Virus record (IMG/VR): IMGVR_UViG_3300029212_000210
Location: 1 to 10,938 of that record
DNA: 10,938 nucleotides
DNA from: a virus
Taxonomy: Duplodnaviria; Heunggongvirae; Uroviricota; Caudoviricetes
Strand: one strand, 5' to 3'
Position 1 is the stretch's first letter. Every line of letters begins with the position of its first letter. Of this stretch, positions 7,456 through 10,938 are shown in pieces. The position numbers and the translations under genes are program-made. The notes beneath the pieces are model-generated. The model saw only the letters and a list, made by a program, of their open reading frames with translations. It was not told where the DNA came from and ran no database searches.

Positions 7456-7866
7456 ATGGCTCAGGATTACCACCACGGGGTGCGCGTTGTTGAAGTCAAC
7501 GAAGGCACCCGATCTATTACCACGGTGAGCACCGCCATCGTGGGTATGGTCTGCACGGGCGATGATGCCGATGCAAAAATGTTTCCTCTTAATAAACCCG
7601 TGCTGATCACTGATGTGCTGACTGCCAGCGGTAAAGCGGGTGAGTCCGGTACTCTGGCCCGTTCGCTGGATGCCATCGCTGACCAGGCAAAACCCGTGAC
7701 CATTGTTGTGCGTGTGCCGCAGGGTGAAACGGAAGACGAAACCACGACCAATATCATCGGCGCAGTGACTGCTGAAGGTAAAAAAACAGGTATGAAAGCC
7801 CTGTTAACCGAAGTGCTGGAATGGCGGTATAAAGCGATTCAGAGAAGCGGGGCCAACGATGAGTGA
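7456..7866 (+). pseudogene. FI: Tail sheath (P2 gpFI family) N-terminal fragment, about 122 codons, fused in frame to about 14 unrelated codons that end in an ATGA overlap with the next ORF
   Basis: Seen: 136-aa ORF with an AGGAGG ribosome-binding site. The first ~120 aa match my recollection of the P2 gpFI N-terminus (DYHHGV.V.E.NEGTR, TVSTAIVGMVCT, FPLNKPVLIT, IADQ.KPVT). Full-length FI is about 396 aa. Confidence 0.72.
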
Positions 7867-8959
7867 TAACAACCTGCGTCTGCAGGTCATTCTTAATGCG
7901 GTTGACAAGCTCACCCGCCCATTTCGATCTGCGCAGGCCAGTTCAAGAGAACTGGCTGCTGCTGTCAAAAAATCCCGCGATGCAATAAAGCAGCTTGATC
8001 AGGCCGGGAGCAGTCTGGACAGCTTCCGAAAGCTGCAGGCAGAAAATCAGAAATTAGGCGACAGGCTGAACTATGCCCGCCAGCGTGCAAATTTGCTCAG
8101 TCAGGAACTGGGAGCGATGGGGCCGCCTTCGCAACGTCAGGTTGTTGCTCTGGGCCGTCAACGGCTGGCTGTTCAGCGCCTGGAAGAACGCCAGAAAAAG
8201 CTGCAGCAGCAGACGGCGCTTGTGCGTGCTGAACTGTACCGGGCGGGAATTTCTGCGAAAGACGATGCGGGAGCAACTGCCCGTTTAGCCCGTGAAACAT
8301 CACGTTATAACCAGGAACTTTCGAAACAGGAGGCGCGGCTGAAGCGACTGGGGGAAGCTCAGCGCAGGATGAATGCAGCGCGTGCCAGTTATGCCCGTTC
8401 GCTGGAGGTGCGTGATCGTATTGCAGGTGCCGGAGCCACCACCACGGCTGCAGGGCTGGCAATGGGTGCGCCAGTGATGGCGGCAGTAAAAAGCTATACC
8501 AGCATGGAAGATGCCATGAAAGGTGTGGCAAAGCAGGTCAATGGTCTGCGTGACGATACCCGCGAACCCGCGAAGAAAGAAAGCACCACGGTGAAGCGTA
8601 AGCGCAGGACTAAGAAGCAGAAGAAAGAGCCGGAAGCGAAGCAGGGCGATTACCTGGTGGGTACGGATGAAAACGTGCTGGTACTTAATCGCACCTATGC
8701 CAACCGGAGCAACGCCGAACGGGCGGCAAAAATGCAGTGGGAACGCCTGCAACGCGGCGTTGCGTCATTCTCGCTACAACTGGCGGAAGGGCGGGCAGAT
8801 CTCTACACGGAAATGCCTGTGAAGGTCAGTGGTTTTAAACAGCCGATAGATGATGCGGAATGGACCATTACGACTCTGACACATACCGTCAGCCCGGATA
8901 ACGGTTTTACAACCAGTATTGAACTCGAAGTGAAGATTGATGATCTTGAAATGGAATAA
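7859..8959 (+). pseudogene. In-frame fusion of a tail tape-measure (gpT-like) N-terminal ~235 aa to the tail protein D (gpD-like) C-terminal ~130 aa
   Basis: Seen: 366-aa ORF. The N-terminal part is helical and coiled-coil-like with a Gly/Ala-rich hydrophobic segment, and sits where T should be. The C-terminal part (lysine-rich linker, then ERLQRGVA.FSLQLAEGRADLYTE.PVKVSGFK ... GFTTS.ELEV) matches the gpD C-terminus as I recall it, and sits directly upstream of ogr as D does in P2. Junction near 8560-8580. Confidence 0.62.
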
Positions 8960-8991
8960 AGTGTTCTCAATATTGATATTTTGTGTATCAT

Positions 8992-8997
8992 TACAAT
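8992..8997 (+). promoter_or_regulatory. Possible -10 hexamer (TACAAT) of the ogr promoter
   Basis: Seen: TACAAT about 30 nt upstream of the ogr start in an AT-rich spacer. No convincing -35 at 17 bp. Confidence 0.3.
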
Positions 8998-9027
8998 GAT
9001 TCTGATAGCAAAGGTAGGGATCTGGAT

Positions 9028-9246
9028 ATGATGAATTGTCCAAAGTGTGGTCATGCGGCACACACAAGGAGCAGTTTTCAAGTAACTGAAAGCACCAAAG
9101 AGCGTTACTGCCAGTGCCAAAATATTAACTGCGGGAGCACTTTTGTTACCCATGAAACAGTGGTCCGGTTTATTGTGACACCCGCACTGATTGCTACTGC
9201 TCCTCCACATCCATTGCCAGGTGGTCAGGGGCATATGAATTTTTGA
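9028..9246 (+). CDS. ogr: Late transcription activator Ogr (C4 zinc-finger)
   Basis: Seen: the ATG at 9028 (or 9031) is preceded by AGGTAGGGA and gives 72 aa with the CPKCGH...CQCQNINC zinc-finger pattern, equal in length to P2 Ogr. The ORF-track start at 8983 is a GTG further upstream and is not preferred. Confidence 0.9.
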   Translation: MMNCPKCGHAAHTRSSFQVTESTKERYCQCQNINCGSTFVTHETVVRFIVTPALIATAPPHPLPGGQGHMNF

Positions 9247-9253
9247 GAAAGAG

Positions 9254-9276
9254 AACCTGCTACGGCAGGTTTTTAT
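9254..9276. terminator. Bidirectional rho-independent terminator between convergent ogr and the BRCT-like ORF
   Basis: Seen: AACCTGC (9254-9260), loop TACG, GCAGGTT (9265-9271), then TTTTATT on the plus strand and CUCUUUCUC on the minus strand. It overlaps the minus-strand stop codon. Confidence 0.6.
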
Positions 9277-9755
9277 TCATCTGGGATCTCACCCGTTTCA
9301 AGAAAATGTATAAAGCCAGGCTCATCTATGATGATTGTGCCTTTCATCCTGGCTGCCGATACTTTTGATGGGCCTGCATTGTAACCGCAACAGAGCATCT
9401 GAAGGCTTTGGGTTACAGAGGTTCTTACCGTTAATCCTTGTTCATTCGCCTTATCAACCAATCTTTCTTTATCTGCTTTCTTAAATCCGGTGAAACACAC
9501 ATCGAATGTATTTTTTTTCGGACCAGACTGCTTAGTGAGATGTGAGTAGCTTTCGGGGAGGAATGACGCGCATTCCTGAATGGCTTGTTCTGGTGAATCG
9601 TACTGTTTAAGAATGCGGTCTTTTCGGAAGGTTTTTATTCGATCGGTGTTCTTACAAATGCCCTGTATATGATTTTCGCTATAACTGATGCTCTGTATAG
9701 AGTGAACACCGATACGACCATTTGCATTGATGTAAACAAAGTGAAGTTCTTCCAT
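9273..9755 (-). CDS. Hypothetical protein with a C-terminal BRCT-like domain and a small beta-rich N-terminal domain that is possibly WYL-like
   Basis: Seen: 160-aa ORF with an AGAGG ribosome-binding site 6 nt upstream of the ATG. GC is about 42%, lower than the prophage backbone. The C-terminal ~80 aa (FDVCFTGF..ADKERL..KA.EQGL.V..SV...L..L..G.N.G.SK...A...G..II.E..F..FL) fit the BRCT pattern seen in the LigA C-terminus. The N-terminal motif R.KTFRKDRI resembles the end of WYL domains. Domain calls are from pattern memory only. Confidence 0.65.
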   Translation of the reverse strand: MEELHFVYINANGRIGVHSIQSISYSENHIQGICKNTDRIKTFRKDRILKQYDSPEQAIQECASFLPESYSHLTKQSGPKKNTFDVCFTGFKKADKERLVDKANEQGLTVRTSVTQSLQMLCCGYNAGPSKVSAARMKGTIIIDEPGFIHFLETGEIPDE

Positions 9756-9781
9756 GTGAAACCTCTTTGCATGATTTCAAG

Positions 9782-9820
9782 ATGGCGACAGGCAAGATGG
9801 ACGCAAAAGTCTGTCGCCAT
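9782..9820. repeat. Perfect 10-bp inverted repeat ATGGCGACAG / CTGTCGCCAT separated by 19 bp, overlapping a CAAGATGG direct repeat
   Basis: Seen: arms at 9782-9791 and 9811-9820. CAAGATGG occurs at 9778-9785 and 9793-9800. Located between the BRCT-like ORF start and the ssrA terminator. Confidence 0.45.
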
Positions 9821-9835
9821 TTTGCCGCCACTACC

Positions 9836-9870
9836 AAAGAAAAAGGGGCTACGCTTTCACGTAACCCCTT
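9836..9870 (-). terminator. Rho-independent terminator of ssrA
   Basis: Seen (minus strand): AAGGGG-u-UACG, loop UGAAAG, CGUA-g-CCCC, followed by UUUUUCUUU, starting 9 nt after the tmRNA CCA end. Confidence 0.6.
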
Positions 9871-9878
9871 GATTTATT

Positions 9879-10241
9879 TGGTGGAGCTGGCGGGAGTTGA
9901 ACCCGCGTCCGAAATTCCTACATCCTCGGTACTACATGCTTAGTCAGTCTTTACATTCGCTTGCCAGCTGCGGACGGACACGCCACTAACAAACTAGCCT
10001 GATTAAGTTTTAACGCTTCAACCCCAGGCAGGGCTTCCACGCGATCTCTTTTGGGTTTGACCTCTCTTGATCCCCGTCCTAAGAGCGGAGGCTAGGGAGA
10101 GAGGGCTCTAAGCAGGTTATTAAGCTGCTAAAGCGTAGTTTTCGTCGTTTGCGACTATTTTTTGCGGCTTTTTACGAGGCCAACCGCCCCTCGGCATGCA
10201 CCTTGGGTTTCGCAAATCCCGTCGAATCCAGAATCAGCCCC
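9879..10241 (-). ncRNA. ssrA: tmRNA (SsrA), complete, 363 nt
   Basis: Seen: the reverse complement runs from GGGGCTGATTCTGGATTCGACGGG to GTTCAACTCCCGCCAGCTCCACCA and includes the tag-encoding stretch GCAAACGACGAAAACTACGCTTTAGCAGCTTAA (ANDENYALAA). It matches E. coli ssrA as I recall it. Confidence 0.97.
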
Positions 10242-10255
10242 AATGTGTAAAGGTA

Positions 10256-10261
10256 AGTATA
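10256..10261 (-). promoter_or_regulatory. Possible -10 hexamer (TATACT) of the ssrA promoter
   Basis: Seen: TATACT on the minus strand, 14 nt upstream of the mature tmRNA 5' end. Established: tmRNA is made as a precursor with a short 5' leader. No convincing -35. Confidence 0.3.
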
Positions 10262-10455
10262 CCAGATTTATGAGCGCCATGACCAGCCTCAATGGCGTTA
10301 TCGTTAAAGATTTAGCACCCATGTAGCCTGATTTTTATTCGATTAAGCAATGGGATGGCAACATTTGTGTCGGATGTGATAGCCAATAAGATGTTCATTC
10401 GCGCCGCCGGAGAGGGAGGCGCGGTGAGGAACTGGTCAATAATTGGAGTGCAGGT

Positions 10456-10938
10456 TTAACGGTGGGCGTTTTTCATGATACGCGCTTTATCCACCTGCCA
10501 TTCGCGCTCTTTGATATCTGAACGTTTATCGTGCTGTTTCTTACCTTTGGCGACGCCGATTTTCACTTTGCACCAGGCATTTTTCCAGTACAGGGAGAGC
10601 GCCACTACGGTATAGCCTTCTCGATTGACGCGACCGTACAATGAGTCCAGTTCGCGCTGGTTGAGAAGTAACTTGCGGGTACGGGTAGGATCGCACACCA
10701 CATGCGTGGAGGCCACTGCCATTGGCGTGATGTTTGCGCCAAACAGGAACGCTTCTCCGTCACGCAGAAGGACATAGCTGTCGCTGATATTGGCTTTTCC
10801 TGCGCGCAGGGATTTAACTTCCCAGCCTTGCAGGGCAAGTCCCGCTTCGAACTCTTCTTCGATAAAGTATTCGTGACGGGCGCGCTTGTTAAGCGCGATG
10901 GTCGCTGAACCAGGTTTATGTGCTTTTTTCTTCGTCAT
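10456..10938 (-). CDS. smpB: SsrA-binding protein SmpB, complete. The start codon is the last 3 nt of the window.
   Basis: 160-aa ORF that matches E. coli SmpB as I recall it, upstream of ssrA on the same strand, which is the conserved arrangement. Confidence 0.96.

Larger units (their letters stand above)
1..9878. mobile_element. P2-like prophage, ssrA-proximal part. It continues beyond the window start. The boundary on the ssrA side is not resolved and is placed at the tmRNA 3' end.
   Basis: Seen: the colinear gene set Q-P (minus) / O-N-M-L (plus) / FI-T-D remnants / ogr in P2 order, directly next to the ssrA 3' end. Established: P2 gene order and the use of tRNA/tmRNA 3' ends as phage attachment sites. 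Inference: exact ends. Confidence 0.85.

Noticed and set aside
8097-8752. Minus-strand ORFs 8097..8531 and 8300..8752, and plus-strand 8073..8288
   Set aside because: They fall inside the T-D fusion ORF on the other strand or in another frame, and are proline/leucine-rich in the way typical of antisense translation.
8774-9234. Minus-strand ORFs 8803..9234 and 8774..9067 overlapping ogr
   Set aside because: Antisense to ogr and the end of the D fragment. ogr is strongly supported by its zinc-finger motif and ribosome-binding site.
9635-9872. Small ORFs 9635..9820 (minus) and 9669..9872 (plus)
   Set aside because: They overlap the 5' end of the BRCT-like gene and the inverted-repeat/terminator region, with no ribosome-binding site. 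Treated as non-coding.
1-10938. CRISPR arrays, IS elements or transposases, integrase, toxin-antitoxin pairs
   Set aside because: I found no regularly spaced direct repeats, no terminal inverted repeats flanking a transposase-like ORF, and no integrase-like ORF in this window. The integrase is expected at the far end of the prophage, outside the window.

Overview
The window holds the ssrA-proximal ~9.9 kb of a P2-like (Peduovirus-type) prophage plus the host ssrA (tmRNA) and smpB genes, which look Escherichia/Shigella-type. Order from left to right: (1) a partial, AT-rich cargo ORF (1..816, 5' end outside the window) in the position where P2 carries tin/old, next to cos; (2) a cos-like site near 989; (3) portal Q and large terminase P on the minus strand; (4) scaffold O, major capsid N, small terminase M and head-completion L on the plus strand, all apparently intact; (5) no lysis, baseplate or tail-fibre genes, only an N-terminal fragment of tail sheath FI and an in-frame fusion of a tape-measure N-terminus to the C-terminus of tail protein D; (6) ogr; (7) a small lower-GC ORF with a BRCT-like C-terminal domain, convergent with ogr; (8) ssrA and smpB. 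The two candidates for an undescribed function are the hotspot cargo ORF at the window start and the BRCT-like ORF next to ssrA. The element as a whole is a head-only, tail-less P2 derivative. All protein assignments rest on my recollection of P2-family sequences and on gene order; no database search was run.
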